Part shown: piece by piece, positions 1 through 16,107 of the stretch
Position numbering within the stretch: position 1 is the stretch's first letter
How the letters are laid out: each line of letters opens with the position of its first letter
From: the human T2T-CHM13v2.0 reference genome, Homo sapiens
Assembly: GCF_009914755.1 (NCBI RefSeq)
Contig: NC_060928.1
Length of the DNA: 64,000 nucleotides
Strand: one strand, 5' to 3'
Made by a program: the position numbers and the translations under genes
Notes under the pieces: model-generated
The model's input: only the letters and a program-made list of their open reading frames with translations
Told to the model about the DNA's origin: nothing
Databases searched by the model: none

Positions 1-154
1 ATCTCAGCATCTCCAGAAGGAACCAACACCTTGTCTTCAGCGCAGTGAAGCTGAGTTTAGGCTTTGAGCTCTAAACGGTAAGAGAATTCGCCTGTTCTGG
101 GGTCAGCCTCTCCATTTGTGGTAGGTTGTTACAGCGGCAACAGGGAACGAATAC
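1..154. mobile_element. MLT1 (MaLR) LTR fragment
   Basis: ctccagaaggaacca... and ...ttgttacagcggcaacagggaacgaataca match the typical MLT1 LTR terminus; by eye. Confidence 0.55.
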
Positions 155-856
155 AGCCAGGATTAGGTTTGACGGTGAGCAACAGGAAATCCCAACTATC
201 AGTGGCTTCAACAAGATAATTGGCTACAAAGTCTGTAGGTGGTCCGGGGCCATGGAGGGAGGGGCGCTGCTCCCTGGGGTCGTCAGGCCTGGCTCCTCCC
301 AGGACCCTGCTTCACCATCCTGGGTGGGAATCTTAACCTCATGGCCCAAGATGGCATCCACACAACAGGTGGCATGAGGGAGAAGGGGACAGCAAGACAG
401 GGAGAGGGCTGTGCACCAGTGTCCCTTCTGGAAGGCCTCTAGAGCTGCTGCGTACTTCTCTCATCCCTCTTGCCAGAATGTCATTACAGGGCCACACCTT
501 GCCAAAAGGGAGACAGGACGAGGGGGTTCTTATTTTCTGCAAACACATGCCTGGAGGGAATTTTTATTGCAATGGAAGAAGGGGAGAATAGACGTTGGGG
601 ATAACCCACATCTCTGCTGTATTTCACCTGTCTGAGCCGATGCCAGTTGGGAATGTGCTCAGCATCAAGGAGCAGAAATCCTGCCCCAAAAGGGCCTAAG
701 CAAGTAAGACTTCGTTATTCTCACTGAGTGAGAAGTGTCTGGGGGGTGGTACAGTGCAGTTGGCCCAAAGATGACCACACTTTGAGGGTGGGTTTCCAAT
801 CTCAGATCTGTAGCCTCAGGGACGGAAGAAGGCTGCTGTGGCTCCAGGTGTCATTT

Positions 857-1239
<383 letters not shown>

Positions 1240-1733
1240 TAAGGCAGGAAGAGGGATGAAGAATACTGCCAGACATGTATGTCCCTTTTCCACAGGAGAA
1301 CAATGGCTTTCCCACACACCCACAAAGACTGCATAGAGTCCCATTGGCCAGGAGGGGATCTCCTGGAACCTCTCTCTGCAAGGGAGTCTGGAAAGCCAAG
1401 GATTTAGCTGTCTAGCCTCTCTATTACATAGTAGATGAAAATCCTTATACCCTTTGCACACTAATTCCATTTCTAGGAATTCCTATACCAACAGTTTCTA
1501 TCAAAGATGTGCACAGAGAACATGCCCAAAGCCGCTCACTACAGCGTTACTTATTGTGAAGAACCCTAAATATCCTAAATGCTCAACCTGTGCTGTTGGG
1601 TCCCAAACTGGGTCCCAGTCATTCAGTGTCTGGCCCCAGCACCTCAGTTACTTAATCTGGAAAATAGAAGAAAATGTGTTTTACCTGTGAGGACGATGGT
1701 GAGGACCAGAGATAAGAAACAGAGCTTGTGTGT

Positions 1734-2085
<352 letters not shown>

Positions 2086-3394
2086 TCAACGGTCTCCAAC
2101 CCTTCCTCCAGCACCAACACATCTTCACCAACCAAAAATATGGGGCCGATGTCAACATGTTCGAAGCACCTTATTCTCTAAGATCTCAGGAGAGTGGAAC
2201 TCCGCCCTCCAACTCTCTAGACTCTGGAGTGAGAGTTATCTGTGTGACAGCGTGGGGACAACACTGGCTTTGGGGCAAGCTGTCTAGGCTCACATTGGTG
2301 GTTAGGTGACTTCATGTTCTCTAATCCTACGGAGGGGCCACTCAGCCGTCTTATCTGTATAACGGGGCAACAGTCCTGACCTCACAGGCAATTGTGAGGT
2401 TTCACAAAAAATAAAAAAGTGCCCCCAGACAGGGTCTGGAGCCTAGTAAGCCCCCAAAGAACCACTGGCCTTTTGACTCCTGACAGCTGGTATTGGAGGA
2501 AGCGCCCATCTCCTCTGACACAGAGGCACCCACAGTAGCAGAGGGAATACTGTAACACAGTTTCCATTCCAGCTGGAAGTTTCCTTGGCCTAGGGCATCC
2601 AGGGCTCCTGGCTAAAAGGTGACCTAATTATTAATGAAAGCTCCAGAGATGAAAGCTAAGACATAATCCACCCCTGAATGGACTCAGAAGGAGCAGATAA
2701 TGGGACAATAAAATTAATCTTGTAGAAAAACACAATTAGCTGTATCATTTATAAATCTCATCTCCTTCCACATGGGGCGAAGAAGGAGCGACACAGTCAG
2801 AGCGCTCTCGGCACAGCCTCCCGTTTTGCACACACAAGTGCCCCTTTTCCTGGGACAACATTTTCCTTTCACATTCAGGGGTCATTGTTGGAGGTTTAAA
2901 AACAATCTTCAGAAACCAAGATGACCCAGAGAACGAAGTGAATGGCGCCATCCTATATCCCCCCCATTTCTTGCCCGTTTCCCGTCTCTTCAAAGCAACT
3001 GAAGGACCATTTAATGAGAACATGTTGGGGAACAGGCCCTGCACTAGGCCAGGTCCTGGGGGAATGAAGGAGCTCCCTCTCTGCCCTCCCAGGGCTCACA
3101 GACCAGAGTGGGGAAAGGAGAGGGCACAGAAAGCTGGAGACAGACCCAAGCCCAGCTCCTCCCTCCCAGCTGTGTGACCTTGAGCAAGTGCTTCACTTCC
3201 CTGGGCCTCAGTTTACTCACAGGTAACATGCGGCAAATGAGGGTGCCTCCCTCACTCCCACAGCTGGGAGACGATTAAAGGAGACAAAGTCTGCAGATTG
3301 CTCACCGGCACAGGACAGGCCCACGGCAGGCTCAGTCGCTGCAAGTTCAGAGTCATCCTCATCCCTGCCATTCCTCATCTTCCTCCTCATTTTA

Positions 3395-3693
<299 letters not shown>

Positions 3694-3707
3694 TCAAAAA
3701 AGAAAAA

Positions 3708-4395
3708 AATTGAGATATAACAATTCACATACCATAAAAACTCACCGTTTTGAGGCATAGAATTTGCTGGGGCTTTTTAAGAGTATATTTTACGGTCATG
3801 CACCTATCACCACTATTTAACTCCAGGATAGTTTCGTCATCCCCCCAAAACATCCCATACCCAACAGCAGTCACCTCCCACTCCCTCCACTCATCTGTTT
3901 TTTGTCTCTGCGGATTTGCCTCTTCTGCATGCTTCACATAAACGAATCACACAGCATGAGGTCTTTTCTTGTCTGGCTTCTTTCACTTAGTCAAATGGTT
4001 TCAAGGTTTAATCATGTGGTAGCATGTGTCAGTGTTCCATTCCTTTTTTATGGCTGAGTAATATTCCACTGTACAGCTAGACCACATTTTGTTTATCCCT
4101 TAATCAGTGGATGGACATTTGGGTTCTTTCCACCTGTTGGCTATTACGATTAACGCTGTCATAAACATTCATGTACACTTTTTTGTGTGAACTTGTTTCA
4201 ATCCTCTTGAGTGTATTCCTAGGAGTGGTGTGGCTGGGTCATAGGATGACTCTATGTCTAACTTTTTGAAGAACTTTGATGCTGTTTTCCATAGTGGCTG
4301 CACCATTTTACATTCCCATCAACAACGTATGAGAGTTCCAATTTCCTTGCATCCTTGTCAACACTTATTATTGGCTGGTGTTTTTTGTGGCCATC
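3708..4395 (-). mobile_element. Old L1M (L1MB/MC-type) 3' fragment
   Basis: L1M 3'-end motifs such as tatggctgagtaatattccact, ggacatttgggt and catagtggctgcaccattttacattccc. Confidence 0.8.
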
Positions 4396-4954
4396 CTCTG
4401 GCCATCTCTTGTATCTCTCCCTCCTGTCCATCTCCATGGCCTTACCCTCATTCCACCCTCGCCTTCTCCAGCTTGGACTGTGGGCGCCACCAAGAGTTTC
4501 TCATTCCAGAACTGAGCTCCTGAGGATCTCAGGGTTCCCAGGTCCTCCCATGGGCTTCTTGTGCTTGCCTCTAGTAACTGCAAAGGCTTCTGAGCTGCCC
4601 AGTCACTCAGCAGTCGGTAGCATTGCATGGTTCCTGGAACATGCTCATTCCCTTTTGTGTGCCTCAGTTTCTCTACCTGTGAACTGAGGTATTGAACTGG
4701 ATGAGGGGCTCACACTCAAGCACCCACAGGGCCAGGCAGGCTGGGCAGCCAAGGTGAGTGAGGCACAAGCCCCACATCTAAGGCAGGAGAGGGAATGGTG
4801 GGTGCAGGAGGTGGGCAGCCATTCTCCCCATGGAGCTGATTTTTGCCACGTGGGAATGTCTTTGTTGTGAGGTCTCTTAATTTTTCAGAAGAAGGCAGTA
4901 AATTTGCATGTTTCATGAAATCTGGTTTTTAAGTGTTTCCAGTAAAGGCAATTT

Positions 4955-5350
4955 CCTTCCCTCCCTTCCTCCCTCCTTCCCTTCCCTTCCTTTCTTTCTT
5001 TCCTCCCTCCCTTCCTCCCTTTCCTTCCTTCTTTTTTTTTTTTTTCTGAGACAAGTTCTCATTTTGTGGCCCAGTCTGGAGTACAGTGGTATGATCATAG
5101 CTCACTGTCACCTCAATCTCCTGCACTCAAGTGATACTCTCACCTCAGTCTTCCAAGTAGCTAGGACTACAAATGTGCTGCACCACTAAATTCACCCGAT
5201 TGTTTATTATTATCATTATTATTATTATTTTGTAGAGACAGGGTCTCATTATGTTGCCCAGGCTGGTCTTAAACTCCTGGGCTCAGGCAATCCTCCCACC
5301 TCGACCTCTCAAAGTGTTGAGATTATGGGCATCAGTCATCGCACCCAGCT
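4955..5350 (-). mobile_element. AluJ with (CCTT)n-type tail
   Basis: Diverged Alu dimer with ctcctgggctcaggcaatcctccc (J-type). Confidence 0.85.
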
Positions 5351-5424
5351 GGCAATTTTCAAAACATACAAATGAGTATAGCTCACCCTGCAGAATTCCC
5401 GTTTACAAACCCAGAACTGATGAT

Positions 5425-5592
5425 TCTGAAACTTAAGTGTGCATCAGAATCTCCCTGGAGGGTTTGTTAAAAAGCAGCGTTCCTGATTCAGCAAGTCTGG
5501 GGTGGGGCCTGAGCATCTGCATCTCTAACACGCTCCTAGGAAAGGCTGATCTGCTGGTCCAGGGACTGCACTTTGAGAACCAGAGCCCTGGA
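5425..5592. mobile_element. MER5A (hAT-Charlie MITE)
   Basis: gcatcagaatctccctggagggtttgttaaaa...gggactgcactttgagaacca. Confidence 0.75.
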
Positions 5593-5947
5593 CTAATGCT
5601 TTCTGGGATCCACCCCAGCTCTCCAATGCAGGTTTATGATTCCAAAACCCAATGTAGAGGCACTGTGCTCAGAGAGAAGAAGCACCGCAAGCTGGCTAGG
5701 CTCCAGACAAGTGCAGCAAGACCCATCCCTGTCCTGTCCTGCAAAGGCCACCAGGGAGGGACAGCAGCATTGAGTGGGGACCATGCATCTTCCCTCTGCT
5801 GAGCTCTAATCAATCCGGGGAATTTGGACTCGTGAAATGCTTCAAAAACTCTAAACAATGCATATGATGTCCAAATATGTAATATATTCAAACATAAAGG
5901 GAAAACACGTTAAAAAGTAGAAAAGCTATCTGGGCTCGAGAACCTCC

Positions 5948-6712
<765 letters not shown>

Positions 6713-8020
6713 CCTCTTTCAGATGTCATTCTGATAAGTTCAGCAATTTGGACTCTCTGCCCATAGCAGATTAGAAACAGTGCACTGGAAAGAGCGAGGG
6801 GTGCACTATGAGGATCGCGTCTGCAACCGCTGTGGGGACGGCGGCCACAGAGGCAGCGACAAGGGCAGGGGCAAGCCTAGCCAAGCCTACAGCCTGTGGA
6901 CAGCCAGTGTGGGGCACGAGTCCCAGCCCATAGCACCCAATCCAGTTCGGTCTATGGTGTTCATGAAGCTGACCTGATTCTTCAGCAAGAGGTTAAATTC
7001 TTTCCAACGTCCTCTGTTTTGGAAAGCAGGACGACGTGCTCTGCATTTTAGAATGACTCTGGTCCAAAATGAGGAAAATTAGACCTAGAGGGATAAAAAT
7101 TCAATCTCTGGAAAATCTGCTCATGAGGACCCCAACCTTATTCCTGAGCTGGGCCTGAGAAACAAGGGGAGAAAAGGTGACAGATTATGAACATTAAAAA
7201 AAAAATAAGAAAAATGTCATGTCATGGCCAGAAGTTGCAGGACAGCTCAGGGCCTGTGCATCAGGGCTGGCCTAGGGGTTACGTGCTAATTTCACTGTGC
7301 TGTGGCCACCAAGCCCCAGACCCAGCTGCACGGATGGAGGCATTCCAGACGGAAAAGCCCCATTAGGTCATCGCTACGCCGCCTGCAATGCCGTTCAGCC
7401 TTCCGCTGTGTAATCTCCAGCACACTCCGGGGAGACTGTGAATTTCAGACACTCTCCCAGGGACCCTGGCTCCACAAAGCATGAAATGAATTGCATTCAT
7501 CCATCTGTGGGCTTTTAAAAAATTCAATAATTAATTCAAGCGTATGGCGGTATCACTGTTATTAGAATTTGGCCTTTCTGCGGTTCTTTACTTTGGCAAA
7601 GTGCTTTTATAATCATTTACTGGCTAAATAATTTAATACGAGTTATTGCTACAAGCTCGAAATCTGGTACTTAGCTGGTGCTGAGGGACATTGGACTGCT
7701 TATGAAAAAAGCAGGGGAAGGGCGGAATGGAATTATGTGGCCTTCGTTATTTATCCCCCCGGTCACGCGTGGTCACTTGCTTGACCTCAGTGTGTCCTCG
7801 ATAACTTTGGATCTGATTCATCCTGGGCCATTCTTGCCATCGTGACAGCGAACACAATGTGGGGGGGCACTTCTCAGGGGGAGGAGAATTAGTTATTCCA
7901 GTCCAAACCCCTCATTTTATGGAAGCGGAAACGGAGGTGGGGGCACGCTTTGCCCAAGGCCACATGGCTAGTATGAGGACTAGCATCAGCTCAGGACCGG
8001 AGGAGAGTATTCGGCTTTAG

Positions 8021-8826
<806 letters not shown>

Positions 8827-9993
8827 CCAGCATCTTCTTAATAATCATCTGTCACCCAAGCCTCGGTGGCCTCATCTGAGAGATGGACTATGAATAGAAA
8901 CAGCCCTAGAATGTGGGTTGAGGGCATTGGGAGAAATACCTAGAAAGCACTTTGGTGCTCCCTCTGTATTCCCTGATGACACATGCTATTTAATATGGTC
9001 ATTTACACCAATGATGATTGTTACCTTATCTGAAAAATGGGTGTAACAGTATCTGTCCTTTCTACTTCAGAATTTTTGTGAAGCTAAAAAAAACTAAGAT
9101 AGTGACAGGGAAGGTATTTCATGGTCATCATCATCACCTAATTTTTCGCCTGGAGGATGGTTAAAGGGGGTTTCCTCCTTGAGGCTCTAGGGGGCTTCAG
9201 GGAGCAAGAAGTATTCTCCTCAGCATTTGCATCAGTAAAGATACCAAGAGGTTGCAGGGGCCACGCCAAATGGGGTCATGTGAGGAGATGTATTTCAAAG
9301 AATTGTCTGCAAAGGTGGCCAGGGTGTAGGGCTCAGAAGAAGCGTTCAGTGGCCTGGGCTCGCAAGGGGAGCTATTGCCATCCCTGGGCCAGCAGGAGGA
9401 GGGGAGGGGGTGTGACAGGGTTCTGGAAGGGCTGAGGCTGCCTTGGAGGAGAGGTGGCGTTTTTTGAGGAACAGGGTCAGCCTGAGGCAGCCAGGGGACA
9501 AATGCCTGTTGGCCAGAGGGCAAGGGAGTCCACTGCAGCGGCCACAGTCCATCCAGCCCAGCTCCTGTCCTAGAGACAGGATCTGCCGGGCCAAGGGCAG
9601 AGGCCCGCACAGCACCATTGGTGGATCAGAACAGCGAGGGTGCCTGGGGGTTGGGAGCTTTGCTGTGGAGGCAGGAGTCTGGCCTGGTCTGTGAGCCCCC
9701 CTGCCGTGGCTCACTGGGGGTAACTGAACAGGCAGAAGTCCAGGGACAGGCTCCACCTCTCCTCTGAGTGGCCGGCAACAATGCACCTTACTCCCTGCTG
9801 GCCCAGGTATAAAATGAAGGCCTGAACTAGAGGATTATTCAACCTTGGAAAAACCCTTGACCCTAACATAATTGTTCATTCGGTCCACATTTCGCCCCCT
9901 CCCCTCTGCAAGACTGTAGAGCTCTATCTTCTGAATTTGACCCTCTCCCAAAAAAAGGCATATTGGATGCACTCTTTAGAAGTTCACATGTGC

Positions 9994-10296
<303 letters not shown>

Positions 10297-11289
10297 AAGT
10301 CCTCATGTGCCTCCCTCCCCTGCCTCTGCTGGGTTTGGGGGCTGGGCTGCTTCTCCGCTCTCCCCTCCACCCTCTCCATGACGCAAATCCTAGACAGGGA
10401 GAACATTTCTTGACCTAAATATTTTTCTACTCTAATGTCCTTAATTTTAGAGTTGGACAGGTTGGATTATTTGAAAACAGCCTGGGTTGTGAGAGGAAAA
10501 TGAGCAGGCCAGAGGAATTTGGAGCTGCCAGCATCTTGGAGGTGAGCATCCAACCAAAGAACACTCAGCTTCTGCTGCCTTTATGCCCATCGATCACCCC
10601 ACATTGCAAGGTTCTCATCACAAATCCAGAAATAGGACTCCAATGGGGAGTATTTGTAAATCATCTTTTCTTAGATAACAAATCCTGGAGCTGAAAGAAA
10701 ACATGTGTGACCATTCTTGTCAATTTACAGATGAGGAAACGCAGGCCACAGAGGGCTTTTCACCAAAGCCTTTGGCTGTCTTTTTCTTGCTCCCACTCCC
10801 CCAAGGTCAAGTGCCTCACAGCCAAAGCAAAATGGATCTTAGAAATAATTTGGGAAAATCAGGAATTGCTGAGTGGTTCATTAAGACTATAAGACAAAAC
10901 AGCAACAACAAGCAAACAAAATCCCCAAACCCCCAAACTAAACACGCAGACACAATTCTGTTTAAATACATCATCGGTCATCAAATGATTCTGAGCCCCA
11001 TAATCGTATTTACCCAGTGAAAGCAAAGAAGTAGAGTGAGTCCATTCATTTCTTAGCCATTTACTGAGCGTCTCATGTGGCCAAGCGCTGGGAAACACAA
11101 AGGTAAATAAAACGCTGGAGAGCACTAGAAACTATATTTATGATTTCATTTATATATTATGTATTTTAAATAATAACATTTGGGGTTTTCCAGAAATGGG
11201 TATTTTGCAGTAAGGTGAACTCTAAGAAGAGAGCATCACAACGATGTCATGGGCAAACCTGCCTTCGGTTTTAATTAGACCATGAATTT

Positions 11290-11637
11290 TCTTTTCTTTC
11301 TTTCTTTTTTTTTTTTTTTTTTTGTTCTTGTTCTGTTGCTGAGGCTGGAGAGCAGGGTGCAATCACAGCTCACTGCAGCCTTAAACTCTTGGGCTCAAGC
11401 GATCCTCCCACCTCAGCCTCCTGAGTAGCTGGGGTCACAGGTTTGTGCTACCACACCTGGCTAATTCTCTCTTCCCTCCCTCCCTCCCTTCCTTCCTTTC
11501 TTTCTTTTTCTTTTTTTTTTTTTTTATGGGGGTCCACTTTGTTGTCCAGGTGGTTCTCAGACTCCTGGGCTCAAGGGTTCTTTCCACTTCAGCCTCCCAA
11601 AGTGCTGTGATTAAAGGGATGAGCCACCAGGCCTGAC
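11290..11637 (-). mobile_element. AluJ with expanded pyrimidine linker
   Basis: Diverged Alu arms separated by a (CCCT)/(T)n tract. Confidence 0.85.
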
Positions 11638-12156
11638 CTGACTTTCTTACTATGCACTTGAATTCGAATTTACACCTCTGATGTTCATGTCTTACTTTAC
11701 TGTGAATGTAAGCTAAGTGGATGCCTATTCAATTAAGCAAACATTTCCTGATTACCAGGCCATGCTCTAGACAGGGGGGATATGGAAATGAAAGATTAAG
11801 TGGTTCTGCCTGATTTGCTCATGATCTATATAGAAATGTAAATACCCAGACTCCGGGATAGAGGAGCATAAAGAAAGGCCAAGCTTCAAAGAGGAGGCAA
11901 CATTGGATCTGGGCTTTGGAGGATGAGGAGCAGTTTGCAAAATCGATGAGGAGTGGGGAAGGCAATCTAGGCAAGAGAAGCAGCATTTGCAAAGGCCTGG
12001 AGGCAGGCACTTGGGGGAATGGAGAATTTGGCTACAGGACAGGGTTTAAGGAGAAACAGGGATGACTTCACCCAGGTGGGCTGATTCTTCACATTGCAAA
12101 TGGATTGTCCCATTTGCAGAAAGATCCAGAGCCTAATGTCTCTCCCGATTCTGTGT

Positions 12157-12210
12157 CAGTGTGCCGGCTGATCCCAGTGTGCCGGCTGGTCCCAGCGTGC
12201 CGGCTGGTCC
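12157..12210. repeat. 3 x 18-bp tandem repeat (cagtgtgccggctggtcc)
   Basis: Units at 12157, 12175 and 12193 with 1-2 mismatches between units. Confidence 0.9.
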
Positions 12211-12269
12211 CGTGGATTGAGAAGTGGACCCAAGAAACTTAAAACCATCAGAGATGAGGATGTGTGCAG

Positions 12270-12430
12270 GGAGTGACTGTTGTGGGATGCAGGTTTCTTT
12301 ACGGGGTGATGAAAATGTTCTGAAATTAGTGGTGATGATTGTACAACCTTGTAAATATACTAAAACCAGTTAAGCGTATACTTTAAACTGGTGATATCTG
12401 TGGCATGTGAATTACATCTCAATCTAAAAA
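12270..12430 (+). mobile_element. L1M 3' terminal fragment
   Basis: ggggtgatgaaaatgttctgaaatta...gtgaattacatctcaat. Confidence 0.7.
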
Positions 12431-12869
12431 CAAGACATTTGGATGAAGCATCGCTGGATCGACGTGGCCAGGCTGCAGAAAAACAGAGCAGAACCTCTGC
12501 TGATCACCTGCCACTGAACCTCCATAGGCTGACAGCACTGGGTGGCCACCCTCCCAGCAGGACCTCATCCATCCTGGAGATCTGGCTGGCTGTGGGAGGC
12601 CTGACTAGATCCTGCAACCCATCCCAGCTCTGCAGGGAAGCCTGTGGCCGGGGACTCATCATTTGACTTCTGTGACCTGCAAAGAGGCTCATGAGGCCTC
12701 TAGGGGAAGAGTCACCTTAGTCACTCTGAACACTTGTCACATAACCAGGAAAAGTGTCTATCACCTCGCCCTGGCTCCAGCACCGGCTGCTAAGAATAGA
12801 GACCACAGGAGTACAGAATTAGAGGTCAAAGCAATAGTAATACCTAAAACAGGCACTTAAAAAAATAAG

Positions 12870-13030
12870 AATAGCTCATTTGATTCTCACAACACTGCTC
12901 TGATGGAGGTTTCATTATCTCCATTTATAGATGGGGAAACTGAAGCATAGAAAGGTTAAGCAGCTTGCCTGAAGTCACACTGCTAGGAAGAGAGGGACAG
13001 GATTCAAAATCGGGCCACGGCTTAGCCACT
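12870..13030. mobile_element. MIR
   Basis: Core ccatttatagatggggaaactgaagcatagaaaggttaag. Confidence 0.75.
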
Positions 13031-13247
13031 GTGTCACATTGTCTCTTGCTGTGACAGTCTGGACTTCAACCAGTGGGACAAGGGAAGTTGCTAAAACGCT
13101 TGGACCTGGAAGTACCAGGGTCATTAGAGAGCAGCGCCTGGCTGCCCTGAGGAGAGGGAGCAGGGTAGGAGTTACAATCGTACAGGCAGTGATGGGTCTG
13201 TGCCTGAGATCAGCAACCCTGGAAGTATTCCTAAAAGAGTCATTTAG

Positions 13248-13757
<510 letters not shown>

Positions 13758-13824
13758 CTAATTTCTGCCACCCTCTGTGAATGACTTGGGTTCTCCAAAT
13801 CACCACACCCTTGCAAGCTTAATG

Positions 13825-14282
13825 CCTGTAGTGAGCTGAATGGCGACCCTTAAAAGATATGTCCACATGCTAACCCCAGGAACCTGATTTACCTTACATA
13901 GTAAAAGAGTGAACATTATCTTATATGGCAAAGATAGGATTAAGTTAAGGATTTTGAGAGGGAGACCTTATCCTGGATTATCCCAGCAGGCCCTAAATCC
14001 TATGATGAGTGTCCTTATAAGAGACACAGAGAAGAGGAGGAGGCAATATGACTGGAGTGACATGAAGGCAGAGATTGGAGTGATGCAGCCACAGTCAAAG
14101 AATGTCTGGAGCCACTGGAAGCTGGAGGGGGAAAGAACAGGTTCTTCTCTGTGGCTTGTAGAGGGAGTGAGGCCCTGCTGGGACCTAGACTTTAGACTTC
14201 TGGCCTCCAAAGCCAGGAGAGAACATGTTTCTATTGTTTTAAGCCAAATTTGTTCCAACAGTGGCAGGAAGCTCATATACTG
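13825..14282. mobile_element. MLT1 (MaLR) solo LTR
   Basis: tgtagtgagctgaatgg...gattaagttaaggattttgag...gacttctggcctcca...tgttttaagcca. Confidence 0.8.
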
Positions 14283-14761
14283 TCTTAACACATTCTGTTC
14301 TCCTACCTGGAATGCCTTCCCCTCTGCACGCACCTCTCTCAGGCCCACCTGTAGGAAGCTTTATCCACAGTCTTTACCCACAGTCTCTGGATGTCCTCCC
14401 TCCTGGCAAGAGGCAGAGGCCACTCTCCCACAGGGCCACTGCTCCCAGCAAAGACTTGCCCTTGTCCGTAGCTCCCTGCGGGTGGCGCTGTGTCTCATGC
14501 ATTTTGCATTGTCCATGCCCTTCACAGGGCCCAGATACAATCAGCAGAGGAAGAAAACCACAGGATGAAACAGTCCCAACGACCAGCACCAGTCAAGACC
14601 CAAGACAGCACAAAAGGCCAGCTAGCAGAGAAACATGATTGTTCACCGTCCATCTCTGGGACAACCTAGGTCCTTCTTGCCTTTCTGTCCTCCTCAGTTG
14701 ACAGAGTCTCTAAGGGAGGGGCAGGGCCTCCACTTTGTTCCTCCTGGTGTGGAATTCTGAC

Positions 14762-14764
<3 letters not shown>

Positions 14765-14805
<41 letters not shown>

Positions 14806-14816
14806 CGCGTGTGTGT
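14765..14816. repeat. (GT)16(GC)6(GT)4 alternating purine-pyrimidine microsatellite
   Basis: Read directly from the sequence. Confidence 0.95.
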
Positions 14817-15989
14817 TGGGTTCTGTTAAATGCTTGAGCCTGAGACGGGGGGCGGGGCGGGGGGGGGTGCGGGAAAGCCATTTCCTTGCTTAAGCCCAAA
14901 GGGTTTCTCCTGACCAGTGGGTCACTCTCATGGCAGATGCCTGGGCAGATTTCTGAAGTGGAGCAAGAGAAATCTTCTCTTCTTCACCTGCTTCAGGGAG
15001 GCATCAAAGTGCCAAAAAGGTGGGTTCTGTGGGTCCCCGAGGCCCGTGGCAGGGGCCAGAGTCTGACACCCGCTTTCCCTGGGTTGGGGGCGGGGTGCCT
15101 CTGCCAGGAGCCTGGGTTCAGACCAGGCTGGCCTGTGGTCAAAGGCACACTTAGACCCTGGCTGGAGAGTTGGGGCGAGTTACGAGAGACCCACTAGGTC
15201 ACCTGTCAAAGACGGCTAGCCCTCCTGGGGATTTTGAAATCAGGGCACCCGCGGCAAGTTCCCAGGCTGTGCCTGGGGCTCAAGGCGGTGGCTGCTTCTG
15301 TGCTCTGGGCTTATTCCCAGGATTCTCAGACGGCTGATGGAAAACGCCCCGGACCCTCCGTAGTGCCGCGGGGAAGTCCCCGGAAAGGGTGTGAAAAAGT
15401 ATCGAATTTGGGTGATGCCTCCTCCTCGTCCAGCGCCTGACAGGGCCCAGCTCCTGGCCCAGGTGCCCAGGAGGCACCGATCCCCGCAGCCGGCCTCCTC
15501 CCGCGCGGGCTCCACTCCCATTTCGGCCTCGCCCCCACACCCCATAGTCTTTCATCCGTGAGTCCTGCAGGCAGGACGGGTTGGAGGTCTGCAAACAGGA
15601 CCCTCTCTGGGAAGCCGCGACAGCGGCTGAGCTCGGGGTTTGGGGGCGCAGGTCGGGCTAGAACCACCCCCCTTCTCTCCGCGTCCGGGCATCGTCCCAG
15701 CGGCCCCTCCTCTGTGCCCAGGATGCTCGGGCGGCGGCTGCAGTGGGACCTCCGCCTTCTCTGCCAACCAGAGCGGAGGAACCTTTCCGCCTCCCTCCAA
15801 GCGGCGCACTGAGCGCTCTTTGCCTAGAACGACTTCCCTCCCGCTGCCTGGGGCAGCCTCACCCTGGGCGCCCACACCCCAGCCCTGGGAGAGCGCTACT
15901 CCGCCTCCCGCACCACCGAAAACCTCCTCCTCCTTTACGGGCCGCGCCTCCTTTACGGGCCGCGCCCCCTTTATACGCGGACGCGCCCT

Positions 15990-16107
15990 CTTTTGGTCGC
16001 CCCCTCCCCAACCCAGCACTAAGGAGCACCCTGCTCTGGTCTCCGCCACCACCCAGCGCCTCCTGGACCCATCCCCCCAAACCCTTGAACGTCCTCAGGA
16101 CCCCCAG
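15990..16107 (+). other. NSG1: Candidate alternative non-coding exon 1a of NSG1 (start approximate)
   Basis: Strong donor CAG|GTGAGC at 16107/16108 inside the CpG island. Confidence 0.55.

Noticed and set aside
13909-14568. 219-aa + strand ORF
   Set aside because: Lies largely within an MLT1 LTR, starts at GTG, and has no protein-family similarity
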